This document shows, one piece after another, positions 19,984-29,897 of a stretch of 64,000 bases of DNA (position 1 is the first letter of the stretch; the number at the start of each line of letters is the position of its first letter). Below the pieces are notes generated by a model, which was not told where the DNA came from, did no database searches, and was given only the letters and a program-made list of their open reading frames with translations. Origin of the DNA: a virus. Location: positions 64,001 to 128,000 of IMG/VR virus record IMGVR_UViG_3300025154_000049, one strand, 5' to 3'. The position numbers and the translations under genes were made by a program.

Positions 19984-20484
19984 TTAATCTTCGTCATCCA
20001 AATTAAATATATTCAGGTTAATTCCGAATTCAGGAATTAAATAGGGTAATCCTCCATTAATGATTAGAGGCATGTAGGGAGCATGTATTATACCTTTAAG
20101 CATATCTTCCAAAGTATCTTTTTCAGTATTATCTACTAGCTCTGCCATAACTCTTGACGATAAGTATATGCTATCAAGATATTCTACTAAAGATTCTTTA
20201 TTTTCAAAATGAATGGGTTTAAAATTATTAGCTTCAAGTTCTTCTAATTCTAGGCAATAGTTACCATCAAAAATACCATAACCTTCTTGATTAGCTAGAT
20301 AGTTATAATATAGTTCTCCTTTATCGTGATAAAGAATATTGTCCGACAAAAATACTATTTTATCGGCTCTCTGCTTATCTTCAGATTTTAATAGTATGAA
20401 ACCTCCTTCGATAGAGAGTTTTTCTACTAGAGTTGTAGCCAATATTAGATTGTCCAAATCTTTTAATTTTAAATAGGTACTCAT
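19984..20484 (-). CDS. hypothetical protein, internal MxEL motif
   Basis: VMAELVD followed by extension. Confidence 0.7.
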   Translation of the reverse strand: MSTYLKLKDLDNLILATTLVEKLSIEGGFILLKSEDKQRADKIVFLSDNILYHDKGELYYNYLANQEGYGIFDGNYCLELEELEANNFKPIHFENKESLVEYLDSIYLSSRVMAELVDNTEKDTLEDMLKGIIHAPYMPLIINGGLPYLIPEFGINLNIFNLDDED

Positions 20485-20492
20485 ATTAATCC

Positions 20493-21698
20493 TTAGGTAG
20501 ATTTAAAGTTATAAAGGGGTTTTATAATATCTAATATTTCTACAGTGTCCTGTACGAGCATAATTATCTCCTCTGCTGGTTTATAAGCCATGGGAGCCTC
20601 ATCTAAAGTGGACTGTTTAACAGAAGTAGAATAAACATTAGCCATTTCTTTTTCAAAATCTTCTAATTTTAAAGTATCCTTGGCTTTAGACCTAGACATC
20701 AATCTTCCAGCACCATGAGGAGCAGAATAATTCCAATCTTTATTACCTTTACCTACAGCTAAGATAGAACCGTCTCTCATATTTAGAGGAATTAAAACTA
20801 ATTCCTCTAACTCTGCCGAAATGGCACCTTTTCTTATTATACCATTTTCATCAATATAGTTATGAATAGTTTCAAATCTTTCTATCTCGTTTAAACCCAT
20901 AGATTTTACTATTCTATTAGCCATATTGTGTCTACTGATAGAAGCATATTTTTGAGCAACTTTTAAATCATAAAGGTACTCGTCCTTAAATTCTCCTTCT
21001 AGGAAACATAAATGTTTAGGAGTTTTATATTTTTCATTATACTGTTTAGTCTCTTCTATATAACTCTGTAGCTCTTCAAATTTACCTGCTTGTTTGAAAG
21101 ACTCCATTTTTTCTTTATGGAAATCTTTTACTTTACTAGCACAATATTTCTCAGCTATTCTTTGATGATACTCGGCAACACATTTACCAAAATTCCTAGA
21201 ACCACTATGAATTACTAGGTATTTATCCCCGTAAGTGCCCTCGTTAAGTTCGATAAAGTGATTTCCTCCTCCTAAAGAGCCTATTCCCTTAAGGAAATCC
21301 CCAAAGTCTCTCCCAAGTTTCTTACCTATCTTCTTAACATCGTCCTCTATATTAGAAACATTAGCAACAACTTTATTGTTATTTTTAAATCCGTGGGGGA
21401 TATTATGTCTTATATAATCATCTATGTTCGAGAGATTTAATTCCGATTTATCTAACTTAACTGTAAGCATACCACAACCAATATCTACTCCTATTAAATT
21501 AGGGACAACCCTATCTTTCATAAGAGCAGTAAAACCTATCACACATCCCTTACCAGCATGAGTATCGGGCATGATTCTTACGTTAGTATCTACGAAAGCA
21601 GGAGTATTTATAAGTTCTATTACTTGACCTAACGCTTCCTTCTCTATATTATCAGTATAAACTATAGCATTACTGTATTTACCTTCTAAATTTATCAT
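20493..21698 (-). CDS. rtcB: RNA-splicing ligase RtcB
   Basis: MPDTHAG, GVDIGCG, GGGNHFIE, HSGSR, HNY, RKGA, SAPHGAGR, DEAPMAYK. Confidence 0.97.
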   Translation of the reverse strand: MINLEGKYSNAIVYTDNIEKEALGQVIELINTPAFVDTNVRIMPDTHAGKGCVIGFTALMKDRVVPNLIGVDIGCGMLTVKLDKSELNLSNIDDYIRHNIPHGFKNNNKVVANVSNIEDDVKKIGKKLGRDFGDFLKGIGSLGGGNHFIELNEGTYGDKYLVIHSGSRNFGKCVAEYHQRIAEKYCASKVKDFHKEKMESFKQAGKFEELQSYIEETKQYNEKYKTPKHLCFLEGEFKDEYLYDLKVAQKYASISRHNMANRIVKSMGLNEIERFETIHNYIDENGIIRKGAISAELEELVLIPLNMRDGSILAVGKGNKDWNYSAPHGAGRLMSRSKAKDTLKLEDFEKEMANVYSTSVKQSTLDEAPMAYKPAEEIIMLVQDTVEILDIIKPLYNFKST

Positions 21699-21757
21699 TA
21701 TTTTTCTCCAATTATCTATATATTACAAGCATAACATAAATTTTTATATATTTCAAG

Positions 21758-22348
21758 CTATTTTCTTAAATCATAAAGATATGTTACTTTAGGTTTAGTT
21801 TTTACATATACGGCTTCTCCCGTTTCTAAGGCTTTTTTAATTTCTTTAGCGAAAGGTTTAAGCTCTCCTTTATTTTTTGTTCTTATACATTTATCGTGGT
21901 ACCTTTTATCTTTATACAAGATAACTCTTCCAGCACTGGTATATCCTATATGCTTAAAATTAGTAGCTTTATATATTATTCCAGTATGACCAAAAGTTTG
22001 GTCTGCATAGGAAATTACTTTTTTAATGTCTGTATTCTTCTTTAACCATTTTAATGTTTTACCTATGAAATAACTCTCTGTATTTCTGGGAGTATCGTCT
22101 ATACAACATAATCTTCTTAACTCTATCACATCTTTCTCTTCGTCAGCATACTTCTTCCAACAATTAGCCATAGCCATTTTACCATAAATCATGGCACCAA
22201 TCATCTCATTACCATTCATTAATTTAAAACAGTAATCTATTCTTAGTCCATTTATGCTTTGGCTATAATGCCATTTTTCTACAAAGTCTTTTATGTCTTT
22301 TCTAGCACACAATTCTACTTTATAGTTTCTTACGGAAGTTTCTTTCAT
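21758..22348 (-). CDS. mom: Mom-family DNA-modifying acetyltransferase
   Basis: WHYS, ELRRL...PRNTESYFI, VISYAD..GH.GIIYKATNF. Confidence 0.8.
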   Translation of the reverse strand: MKETSVRNYKVELCARKDIKDFVEKWHYSQSINGLRIDYCFKLMNGNEMIGAMIYGKMAMANCWKKYADEEKDVIELRRLCCIDDTPRNTESYFIGKTLKWLKKNTDIKKVISYADQTFGHTGIIYKATNFKHIGYTSAGRVILYKDKRYHDKCIRTKNKGELKPFAKEIKKALETGEAVYVKTKPKVTYLYDLRK

Positions 22349-22509
22349 TAGGCTAATATATTTCTTTCTGGAAAATTTATTATTTTCTTATCCCTATTTA
22401 TCTTAGAGTTCATTAATTTTTTACAAAGCTTTGCACAATCCGTACAGATTAATAAATCTCCATCTCCTATAAAGTTGTCTTTTTCTTCTTTACAAAATCT
22501 ACATTTCAT
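22348..22509 (-). CDS. stand-alone ClpX-type C4 zinc-finger protein (53 aa, not in ORF track)
   Basis: MKCRFCKEEKDNFIGDGDLLICTDCAKLC resembles ClpX CSFC...IAGP..YICDECVDLC; AGGAG RBS. Confidence 0.6.
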   Translation of the reverse strand: MKCRFCKEEKDNFIGDGDLLICTDCAKLCKKLMNSKINRDKKIINFPERNILA

Positions 22510-22519
22510 ATTCATCTCC

Positions 22520-22750
22520 TTAATTAACTAATTCATCCATCATCTCAAATCTAAATTCATCTAAAGCTATAAAATTTTTATTTTTTAGTATATACTCTTT
22601 TAACTCTTTTCTATTCATTCCATGCTTATTATGAAACATCTCATGGAAATTTCCTGTTTGAGGTATTTTATTTCGAGATTGAAGTTTCCAACCATCATAT
22701 CCTTCTACCAATAGATATCCAGTTTTAAGTAACCTATTCCAGAATATCAT
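22520..22750 (-). CDS. hypothetical protein with MxEL tag
   Basis: ends MMDELVN. Confidence 0.75.
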   Translation of the reverse strand: MIFWNRLLKTGYLLVEGYDGWKLQSRNKIPQTGNFHEMFHNKHGMNRKELKEYILKNKNFIALDEFRFEMMDELVN

Positions 22751-23055
22751 CCGACTAACTCCTCCATAGTTATTGAAGGAATAATAAAATCGTGTACTAT
22801 TTCGTTTGCCAATATTCTTTCTTTAAGACAACGAAGTAACTTAGTTACAGGAGTATCTTCAGAAATTAATTCATTTAATTCTTTTATTATTTCGCAGGGA
22901 CAATTTCTAAGATAAAAAATATTTATTATACGGGACAATCTGTCATAAACATGGGAACTCTTAGCTTGTTGTTTATAATACCTACGTACCTCACCCCGAT
23001 ATTTTTCCATATCATCCAACATAATATTTAGAATAACCCATTTATCTATTATCAT
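22747..23055 (-). CDS. hypothetical protein with MxEL tag
   Basis: ends TMEELVG. Confidence 0.75.
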   Translation of the reverse strand: MIIDKWVILNIMLDDMEKYRGEVRRYYKQQAKSSHVYDRLSRIINIFYLRNCPCEIIKELNELISEDTPVTKLLRCLKERILANEIVHDFIIPSITMEELVG

Positions 23056-23309
23056 GAGATTAACTCTATCATAGTTTTTATAGTATCTAGTTCTTCTGTT
23101 ACTATTTCAAAAGGATTGGCACAACAATTTTTATAGAGGTCATCAAAATCAGTAGCTTGAAATTTCATACCCCATTCTCTATAATAGCAATCGTATTCTA
23201 TAGTATAAACTCCTAAGCCAAATTTTAAAACTTGACATAAATGTTTTATTTCTTTATGATATACAAAGAATTTTTCTAGCATAGTATATTTCCTTAAATA
23301 AAATCGCAA
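23052..23309 (-). CDS. hypothetical protein with MxEL tag
   Basis: ends TMIELIS; true start probably the internal ATG (MLEKFF). Confidence 0.7.
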   Translation of the reverse strand: MRFYLRKYTMLEKFFVYHKEIKHLCQVLKFGLGVYTIEYDCYYREWGMKFQATDFDDLYKNCCANPFEIVTEELDTIKTMIELIS

Positions 23310-23380
23310 GGTGGGGGAATCGAACCCAAATACCGTCTTGAGTTTTGGAGACTCTTATTCTACCATTGAACTAACCCTGC
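23305..23380 (-). tRNA. tRNA-Trp(CCA), atypical T-arm
   Basis: acceptor GCAGGGT/ACCTTGC, loop CTCCAAA, 5 extra nt in T stem, no encoded CCA. Confidence 0.75.
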
Positions 23381-23594
23381 ATATTTAAATAATATCATAT
23401 ATCGGAAATAATTTCAAGTATTTATTAAGTAATGTTAATTATCTTAAGACCACAACAGATACATCTTGTTTTTCTACATTCATGACATATTTTAATAAAA
23501 GAATTACTTTTTAAAAATTCTTCTCCACATACAATACATTTAGATTTAGCCACACAAGGGAAACCTATCCTTCTAGCACATCTTATACAAAACA

Positions 23595-23879
23595 TTATCC
23601 TATTAACTCCTGCATTATTACCACACTTTGAATATCTGAGAAATTCTCTATCTCGTATAAATCTTGTCTTCGTATACCCAAAATAAGACTATCTTTCCAT
23701 TTTCTATAATTTATTTTATAGACATATTTGAATAAATCTGACAAGTTAGTTCTCATACTAAACATTTGACTTCTATAGATAATATTATCTATAGAATATA
23801 ATAAGATAAAATACCTATTCCTTTTAATAATATATTTTTTATCTATAGACAGGTCATTTTTATTTAATATTATTTTCAT
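23595..23879 (-). CDS. hypothetical protein with MxEL tag
   Basis: ends IMQELIG. Confidence 0.75.
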   Translation of the reverse strand: MKIILNKNDLSIDKKYIIKRNRYFILLYSIDNIIYRSQMFSMRTNLSDLFKYVYKINYRKWKDSLILGIRRQDLYEIENFSDIQSVVIMQELIG

Positions 23880-23880
23880 G

Positions 23881-24648
23881 TTACCCTACTGTAAGTTCTA
23901 TCATAGTTCTTAAGGATTGCAATTTTTCAGTAACTTTGTCAAAGTCATTTGAAATATCATATATTGTTTTGTATAGCTCTATATCATTATATTGAGCTAT
24001 ACTATCCTCTTGCATAAAATCTTTACCCATTACAACTTCTACTTTTATCGCATAATCTAATTTTAATTTACCATCAGAACCCATAGGAAAACCCTGCCTA
24101 GCGTTACCCTGATAGGAAAAGTAACTCAACTCCCGATTAACATTAATAATATTAATAGTACTTTTTATTTTTTCCCAATCCTTAGCATGTACGACTCTTA
24201 GGTCTAAAGGAGTATCCCAAGGGAATTTTTTGATATCTCGTTCTGACAAAGTTAAATAAAAATCTTTTCCGTTGTTATTTAAGATTAGAGGGTTAGATAG
24301 TGTATCTGATTGGATACTTAAGGTAGAGGGAGACCCCAAACTCCCAGAGGAACAACTGTACACACGGATAATTGGACTATCCCAATAGAATCTATGTTTT
24401 TGAGAGTCAAATATTTGAAATTCTTTAAGATTCCCTAAATCTCCTCTTATACAAGAAGGAAGAGTAAAATTTATAGGATTATTTGTATTCTGAAAGGGTA
24501 CGAATAAGAAATTAGATATATTTTCTTCTAAAGAATCACATTTGTATTCTTTATAAAAATTTAAATAAGTTATCCTGTAGTAATATACAATACCTGTACC
24601 TCCCAAAGATTCATTATAAGTATCTATTATCTCTCTTATATTTTCCAT
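23881..24648 (-). CDS. hypothetical protein with MxEL tag
   Basis: 255 aa; ends TMIELTVG. Confidence 0.8.
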   Translation of the reverse strand: MENIREIIDTYNESLGGTGIVYYYRITYLNFYKEYKCDSLEENISNFLFVPFQNTNNPINFTLPSCIRGDLGNLKEFQIFDSQKHRFYWDSPIIRVYSCSSGSLGSPSTLSIQSDTLSNPLILNNNGKDFYLTLSERDIKKFPWDTPLDLRVVHAKDWEKIKSTINIINVNRELSYFSYQGNARQGFPMGSDGKLKLDYAIKVEVVMGKDFMQEDSIAQYNDIELYKTIYDISNDFDKVTEKLQSLRTMIELTVG

Positions 24649-24683
24649 AGCCTACTCACCCTTAAAAACATTAGCTATTTTAT

Positions 24684-25055
24684 TCATTCTGATAACTCCT
24701 TCATTACTAAAAGGGACTCAAACTCTTCTTTATCTTCAAATTCATGTATTTTAAACTCTCTATAGCTAGTAAAATTAGTTAAATTTAATAAAACATTAGA
24801 TATTCCAAAGCAGGTGGCACTATGCCAACCATTATCTCCTATACTATCGACATCAAAAGCTCTAACATATTGGTACTGTTTCCATTTATCTCCTATGGTT
24901 AGATGAAAATATTTTTTGATATGACAGATACGATGGGTTCCCTCTATAACATAGAATTTTCCAGAGTCTAATGTTTTCAAAGTAAATACAGTATCCCTTC
25001 GGAGACTGTTTTTTCCATTAGGAACCATAGCATATATAGGTAAATCTAGTCTCAT
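24684..25055 (-). CDS. hypothetical protein with MxEL tag
   Basis: ends VMKELSE. Confidence 0.75.
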   Translation of the reverse strand: MRLDLPIYAMVPNGKNSLRRDTVFTLKTLDSGKFYVIEGTHRICHIKKYFHLTIGDKWKQYQYVRAFDVDSIGDNGWHSATCFGISNVLLNLTNFTSYREFKIHEFEDKEEFESLLVMKELSE

Positions 25056-25450
25056 TAATTTGTCAACTCTTCCATAACTTTATGCTTTTCATAACTTTCT
25101 ATTAAATATCCCATAATTAAAGGTTTATCTCCTCCCTCTAACTTCTCATCTATAATTTTTAATGCCCGATAGAAAACTTTTTCAGTGGTGTTGTGGTCAT
25201 AGAACATAAATTCTACAATTCTATCTATTAGAGAATATTCATTATAGAACTTTTCATAGCATCTCGATTTGATACAATCATTTATTATATAATATTCTTC
25301 TGGATTATCTGGTCGTATAACACCTAATTCACTATCTAGTATTCCTACAAAACGTTCTCTTACAAAAATAACTTCCATATTCCACAAAGCCATATATTTT
25401 AATATGCTATTTATGGTTTCTCCAAAAGGTTTTATGATATTTAAATTCAT
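25055..25450 (-). CDS. hypothetical protein with MxEL tag
   Basis: ends VMEELTN. Confidence 0.75.
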   Translation of the reverse strand: MNLNIIKPFGETINSILKYMALWNMEVIFVRERFVGILDSELGVIRPDNPEEYYIINDCIKSRCYEKFYNEYSLIDRIVEFMFYDHNTTEKVFYRALKIIDEKLEGGDKPLIMGYLIESYEKHKVMEELTN

Positions 25451-25767
25451 CCTACTAGCTCCTCCATACTTTTAACAGCATGAAGTTCATCCAAACTATC
25501 AAGTTCATAAACTTTCTCCTTTGAGAAGTAAGGACGTTTTATATAAGTTAAATAGATATTTATCTCTTGTAATAATTCCCTCTCCCACAAACCGTGGTCA
25601 AAGTGGATATTACCATAAGGATATCCAGAACTATCTTCTTGATAAAATTTCCACAATTTTTCATCTTTATCGAATAGGTACCAGTGGTAATTCTTTCCAG
25701 ATTTAAAAAGATAAATCTTATCTTGATATATGCTATTTATTTTAACATGCTTCTCTAATATTATCAT
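25447..25767 (-). CDS. hypothetical protein with MxEL tag
   Basis: ends SMEELVG. Confidence 0.75.
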   Translation of the reverse strand: MIILEKHVKINSIYQDKIYLFKSGKNYHWYLFDKDEKLWKFYQEDSSGYPYGNIHFDHGLWERELLQEINIYLTYIKRPYFSKEKVYELDSLDELHAVKSMEELVG

Positions 25768-26120
25768 GATACAAGTTCCTGCATACTGAAATAAGTATCT
25801 AAAAGTCCTACAATTTCTTCGTCTTCTAAGGGGATTAATAATTTAGCATATAATCTACTATAACCTTCTGAACCTCTATGTTGCAGGTTAAAGGGGAATG
25901 AATACTTTAATTCCTTAGTTTCTTTTTCCAATATACTGATATGGCTAAACACATAATCGGTATTACTTTTTATATATAATATTTCATACTTATAGGTACG
26001 ATGGAATAGGGCAGTGATTATATTTGTTATTTCTAAAATTTCCATAAATTTTAGTTCTAATCTAAGGGGTTCAAATATTTCATATATTTTACATTCGTAG
26101 GATGGTTTTACTAATTTCAT
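25764..26120 (-). CDS. hypothetical protein with MxEL tag
   Basis: ends SMQELVS. Confidence 0.75.
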   Translation of the reverse strand: MKLVKPSYECKIYEIFEPLRLELKFMEILEITNIITALFHRTYKYEILYIKSNTDYVFSHISILEKETKELKYSFPFNLQHRGSEGYSRLYAKLLIPLEDEEIVGLLDTYFSMQELVS

Positions 26121-26199
26121 ATTACTCCTAAAGAAAAAGGAAGAGGTTAGTGAAAAGTAAGGTTAAAGGTCAAGACAGGAAAAACTAACCTCTGTTACG

Positions 26200-26442
26200 T
26201 TAATTGTTAATGTAGAATGTTGCTGTAACTATGACATCAAGTATATCGCTGTAGGACAGCATGCCGTTGTCGTGCATTGTTTCTCCTATTATACAAAAAT
26301 CTTTATTAAAGAAAGCATCTGCTATTTTTTCAAATCCACGTATTTTAAGATACTGAACTAAGTCTGATTTTTCTACGTCTTCAGCATATATTTCTAATTC
26401 TAATCTTTTAAGGACTTTATTTATTTTAGTTGTGGTACTCAT
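26200..26442 (-). CDS. hypothetical protein
   Basis: AGGAG RBS. Confidence 0.7.
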   Translation of the reverse strand: MSTTTKINKVLKRLELEIYAEDVEKSDLVQYLKIRGFEKIADAFFNKDFCIIGETMHDNGMLSYSDILDVIVTATFYINN

Positions 26443-26531
26443 AATTTTCTCCTTGACTTAACCTTATATAATTATCATAACAGAAAAAGAACTATATTTC
26501 AAGTTCTTCGTTAATAATTATTAAGATATTG

Positions 26532-26581
26532 TTACACTTTTCGTAAGGAGTTTTACGATATTTTTACACTTTTCGTAAGGA
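26532..26581. repeat. 18-bp direct repeat x2
   Basis: TTACACTTTTCGTAAGGA at 26532 and 26564. Confidence 0.85.
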
Positions 26582-26584
26582 ATC

Positions 26585-26833
26585 CTATAAAACCACACTA
26601 TTTCTAGGTCTTATCTTATATTTTGGTAGATATACTTGTACTTCCTTGCCATTAAGAATATATTTTACATTAACTTCATTTTCAGAAGGGCTAGAATCAC
26701 TCACTACCTCTGCATCGATACCTGTTTTTACCTCTGGAACAGTACTATGCTCGTCTTGTACCATGACCTTCATCCCTTTTTTAAATGTTTCATTTAAAAA
26801 ATTACATAAATAGATAGTTTTATTTAATTTCAT
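26585..26833 (-). CDS. SH3-like hypothetical protein under late promoter
   Basis: FLNETFKKGMKVMV...; late motif at 26858-26873. Confidence 0.65.
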   Translation of the reverse strand: MKLNKTIYLCNFLNETFKKGMKVMVQDEHSTVPEVKTGIDAEVVSDSSPSENEVNVKYILNGKEVQVYLPKYKIRPRNSVVL

Positions 26834-26880
26834 TGTTTTAGTCTCTAACTAGATAATCTAATTATAATGTAAAATAAAAG

Positions 26881-27222
26881 TTATCCAGTTAGTTCAGACA
26901 TGGACCTTCTTATCAAATTCTCATTAGATACTCTAATACGTTCTTTTTCTAGGTATTCAGACATTCCTTCTATGGAAACTATTTCCTTCTGAAGATTTAT
27001 GTATAATTGTTTTTCTTTTCCCTTAGAAGTATTTATATCGTGGGGAATTCCGTTTCCATATACAATATCTACCGCTCTTCCAATCATCCAATATTCAGAA
27101 GTATCGTAAAGAAAACTTGTTTTGGCATTGACTGGAACAAGCCATGAATTTTTAACCTTAGTTCTATATTCTTTCAGTATATTGAAGATGATTTCCATAG
27201 CTTTATTTTCATTAATCATCAT
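26881..27222 (-). CDS. hypothetical protein with MxEL tag
   Basis: ends SMSELTG. Confidence 0.75.
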   Translation of the reverse strand: MMINENKAMEIIFNILKEYRTKVKNSWLVPVNAKTSFLYDTSEYWMIGRAVDIVYGNGIPHDINTSKGKEKQLYINLQKEIVSIEGMSEYLEKERIRVSNENLIRRSMSELTG

Positions 27223-27454
27223 TACCTAATCCATCTTTTAGATTCCAAGCAACTGTACCGTCTTTTTGTTTTATACCAAAAATAAGAGCATGTTTTATTA
27301 GTTCCGATACACTACTCATACCGAGTTCTTTAGCATATAACTTCATTCTTAACATCTCGTCTTTATCAAATCCGTCAAAACTAACCCTAAACAATTTCCC
27401 TTTCAGAACCTTTTTGGCTCTACGTTGTCTTTTGCTTTTTTTCCAAGTTTTCAT
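27212..27454 (-). CDS. possible ribbon-helix-helix DNA-binding protein
   Basis: FRVSF...MKLYAKELGMSSVSELIKHAL. Confidence 0.55.
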   Translation of the reverse strand: MKTWKKSKRQRRAKKVLKGKLFRVSFDGFDKDEMLRMKLYAKELGMSSVSELIKHALIFGIKQKDGTVAWNLKDGLGNDD

Positions 27455-27696
27455 TTTATCAATTCCTCCATTATTATTTCTAAATATTTTTTATCATCGT
27501 AATAGTATTTGTTTATATAATCTAATTCTACTCCATATCCATAATCTTTTTCCGTCTCTTTGTATACCCCACATTTTTGACATTGGTAGAATACATGGTC
27601 ATCTGGAGATAAGAAAGGCTCGCTCATATTTTTTACGATTATCCAGTCATGAAAACAAAATTTCTTTTTAAAGTAATTAATTATTTTATTTTTCAT
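27451..27696 (-). CDS. zinc-ribbon protein with MxEL tag
   Basis: FCFHDW...CQKCG; ends IMEELIK. Confidence 0.75.
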   Translation of the reverse strand: MKNKIINYFKKKFCFHDWIIVKNMSEPFLSPDDHVFYQCQKCGVYKETEKDYGYGVELDYINKYYYDDKKYLEIIMEELIK

Positions 27697-28144
27697 ATTT
27701 CTCTTTAAGCTTTAAATATAATTTATGTTCTTCCTCTGCTTTTTTAGTTTCATCTTCCTCTTTTTTCTTTTTTAATCTATCATCTATAATTTTCCTATTT
27801 TCTCTAATAATTTTTAATTCTTCTTCATATTTATCAGCTAGTTCTTTTTCAAAATCTTCATAGAAAAATCTTATTGGAAAACCTATTATTCTAGTGTCTT
27901 CATCTCCGTCTTGTTGAGTGAGTTCTACATATTCTTCTATATCATCGACGGGATATAAATCTACACTGACTCTATTGTCATCATTGAACTCAAAGCCATA
28001 ATCCTGAAAACTCCAATGGTCAAAATTCTTTTCAGCACAAGCTTTATCCTGCTCAAATTTTCTTTCGGCATTAAGTACTTTATTTCCTATCTCAACAGCC
28101 TTCGTTCTAAATCTTTTGAAACCTTCTAAAATTTCTTTACTCAT
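27686..28144 (-). CDS. hypothetical protein
   Basis: ends YLKLKEKYEK. Confidence 0.75.
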   Translation of the reverse strand: MSKEILEGFKRFRTKAVEIGNKVLNAERKFEQDKACAEKNFDHWSFQDYGFEFNDDNRVSVDLYPVDDIEEYVELTQQDGDEDTRIIGFPIRFFYEDFEKELADKYEEELKIIRENRKIIDDRLKKKKEEDETKKAEEEHKLYLKLKEKYEK

Positions 28145-28153
28145 AACATTCTC

Positions 28154-28480
28154 CTAATTTATTAATTCTTTCATTGTATCGTATACTTTCTTCTGGTCTT
28201 CTGTAAAATATTCTCTAAGACTCAATTTTTCAATAAATCCTTTTTCTTTTTCTTCTCTATCCATGCTCATTTTAAAAGCTATATCGGGATTAGTGGTGAA
28301 AACTAAGGATAACATAAATCCAGTTTTTAATTCTTCTATCTTTGTTTGAGCATCTACGTAATCTTTTGTAGCCACATCGCTCCAAGACGTACCGTTTATT
28401 GCTTGTACCGTATTTAAATTTACGTTGGAGGTGGTAATTACCTGACCCGCTGTAAAACCATAAGGATTATTTAGGGACAT
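28154..28480 (-). CDS. hypothetical protein with MxEL tag
   Basis: contains fibre-like DVATKDYVD; ends TMKELIN. Confidence 0.75.
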   Translation of the reverse strand: MSLNNPYGFTAGQVITTSNVNLNTVQAINGTSWSDVATKDYVDAQTKIEELKTGFMLSLVFTTNPDIAFKMSMDREEKEKGFIEKLSLREYFTEDQKKVYDTMKELIN

Positions 28481-28482
28481 TC

Positions 28483-28884
28483 TTAATTCACCAATTCATT
28501 CATTACTAATAATTCATGATAGTACTCATTTGGATATTTTTCTAGCACTTCCAGTATACCTGTTTTTAATTTTTTGTTATTTAATAATTTTAGCATATCT
28601 TCCTTATTAAGTAAAGTATGCAATTCTGAAGAATCTTTAAATTGAGTTTCGTTCAGAAGTACGAAAACTATATGGTTTCCCAGATACTTTATTTGAGAAC
28701 GGATACATAGTTTTCTACCAGTATTTGTATTAACTATATTTCTTTTAACTAACATGAGAAAATAGCTAATCTCATCTAAATTTCTATGCCCCATATTATA
28801 CCCTATAGAATTTTTTGGGAACCATTCTTTATTAAGCCATACAGGGTCTAGGTAATAATATTCATTTATTATTTTAGTTGTCAT
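28483..28884 (-). CDS. hypothetical protein with MxEL tag
   Basis: ends VMNELVN. Confidence 0.75.
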   Translation of the reverse strand: MTTKIINEYYYLDPVWLNKEWFPKNSIGYNMGHRNLDEISYFLMLVKRNIVNTNTGRKLCIRSQIKYLGNHIVFVLLNETQFKDSSELHTLLNKEDMLKLLNNKKLKTGILEVLEKYPNEYYHELLVMNELVN

Positions 28885-29215
28885 TAGTTAATTCTCTCAT
28901 TATTAAATAAGGCTCTATGTCTGGATACTCAGTACATTTGAATTTACTATATTCCAAATCTGACAATCCATAATTTATCATGTAGTCATAACAACCTGCC
29001 ATAGAATGAAAATCTTTGGGTTCTATTGTTTTCTTCTTGACCTTGCCCTCGGAGGATATATAATTACTTACGGTTTCTATTGATAAGTTATCTCCTTCTC
29101 TGTATATGAATTTAGATTTCCAGAAGCATCTATCGTATCTTTCCTTAATAGGTTCTATAAGATAACATTTATTATTTTCATATACTTCACGTATTACATA
29201 ACTTTTAAAATCCAT
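28874..29215 (-). CDS. hypothetical protein with MxEL tag
   Basis: ends IMRELTNDN. Confidence 0.75.
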   Translation of the reverse strand: MDFKSYVIREVYENNKCYLIEPIKERYDRCFWKSKFIYREGDNLSIETVSNYISSEGKVKKKTIEPKDFHSMAGCYDYMINYGLSDLEYSKFKCTEYPDIEPYLIMRELTNDN

Positions 29216-29514
29216 TAAGTGGTTAGCTCCAACATTGTAAATAATTTAGTTGCTTCATCTTTAGCTAGGATAGCAAATCCTATAAAGAACTCTTCTATGG
29301 CTTCTTTTGGTATTCTGGGAAATGTTCTAATAATTCCTTTGACGACCTCTCTTATTAAATTATCATCCGTAGCGTACCAAATTTGATAATGCCCCATCAT
29401 GTCAGAGAATAATATAAATTTTCTATCGTCATTTATGTATAGTTTTATACTAGAATGGGGATAATACCTCGATATTAATATATTAACTATGCTAGTTAAT
29501 TTTTCAGGATTCAT
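29215..29514 (-). CDS. hypothetical protein with MxEL tag
   Basis: ends TMLELTT. Confidence 0.75.
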   Translation of the reverse strand: MNPEKLTSIVNILISRYYPHSSIKLYINDDRKFILFSDMMGHYQIWYATDDNLIREVVKGIIRTFPRIPKEAIEEFFIGFAILAKDEATKLFTMLELTT

Positions 29515-29897
29515 ATTTTAAATTTCTCCAAAGATTCCCACTGCTCATCATCAAAAGCAGATATAACGGGAAGACCATCATAATTAAAAAATAAAAAAGG
29601 ATAACTTTTATGACCTTTATCTAAGTTTGGATTAGCATTATTAAAAACAGTACACACTGCTCTCATGTGAGGAATCCAAAAGTCTCCCACATATTTGTTA
29701 TCCCCCTCTAGGTTCTCTGCTAATTCCTCCCTAGTTGCATATCTCTTTTGTCCTTTTAGCTTAAATTTGTTTTTAGTGCTTCTCCTAACTGTTTCATTTT
29801 TAAGGAATTGCTCAAAAGTCATACCTTCATTTATTCCCTCTATTTGACAGCTATAGAAGGCTTCTTTGAGAAGCAATATCTCACGTAAATTCATCAT
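29511..29897 (-). CDS. hypothetical protein
   Basis: 128 aa coupled ORF. Confidence 0.7.
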   Translation of the reverse strand: MMNLREILLLKEAFYSCQIEGINEGMTFEQFLKNETVRRSTKNKFKLKGQKRYATREELAENLEGDNKYVGDFWIPHMRAVCTVFNNANPNLDKGHKSYPFLFFNYDGLPVISAFDDEQWESLEKFKI

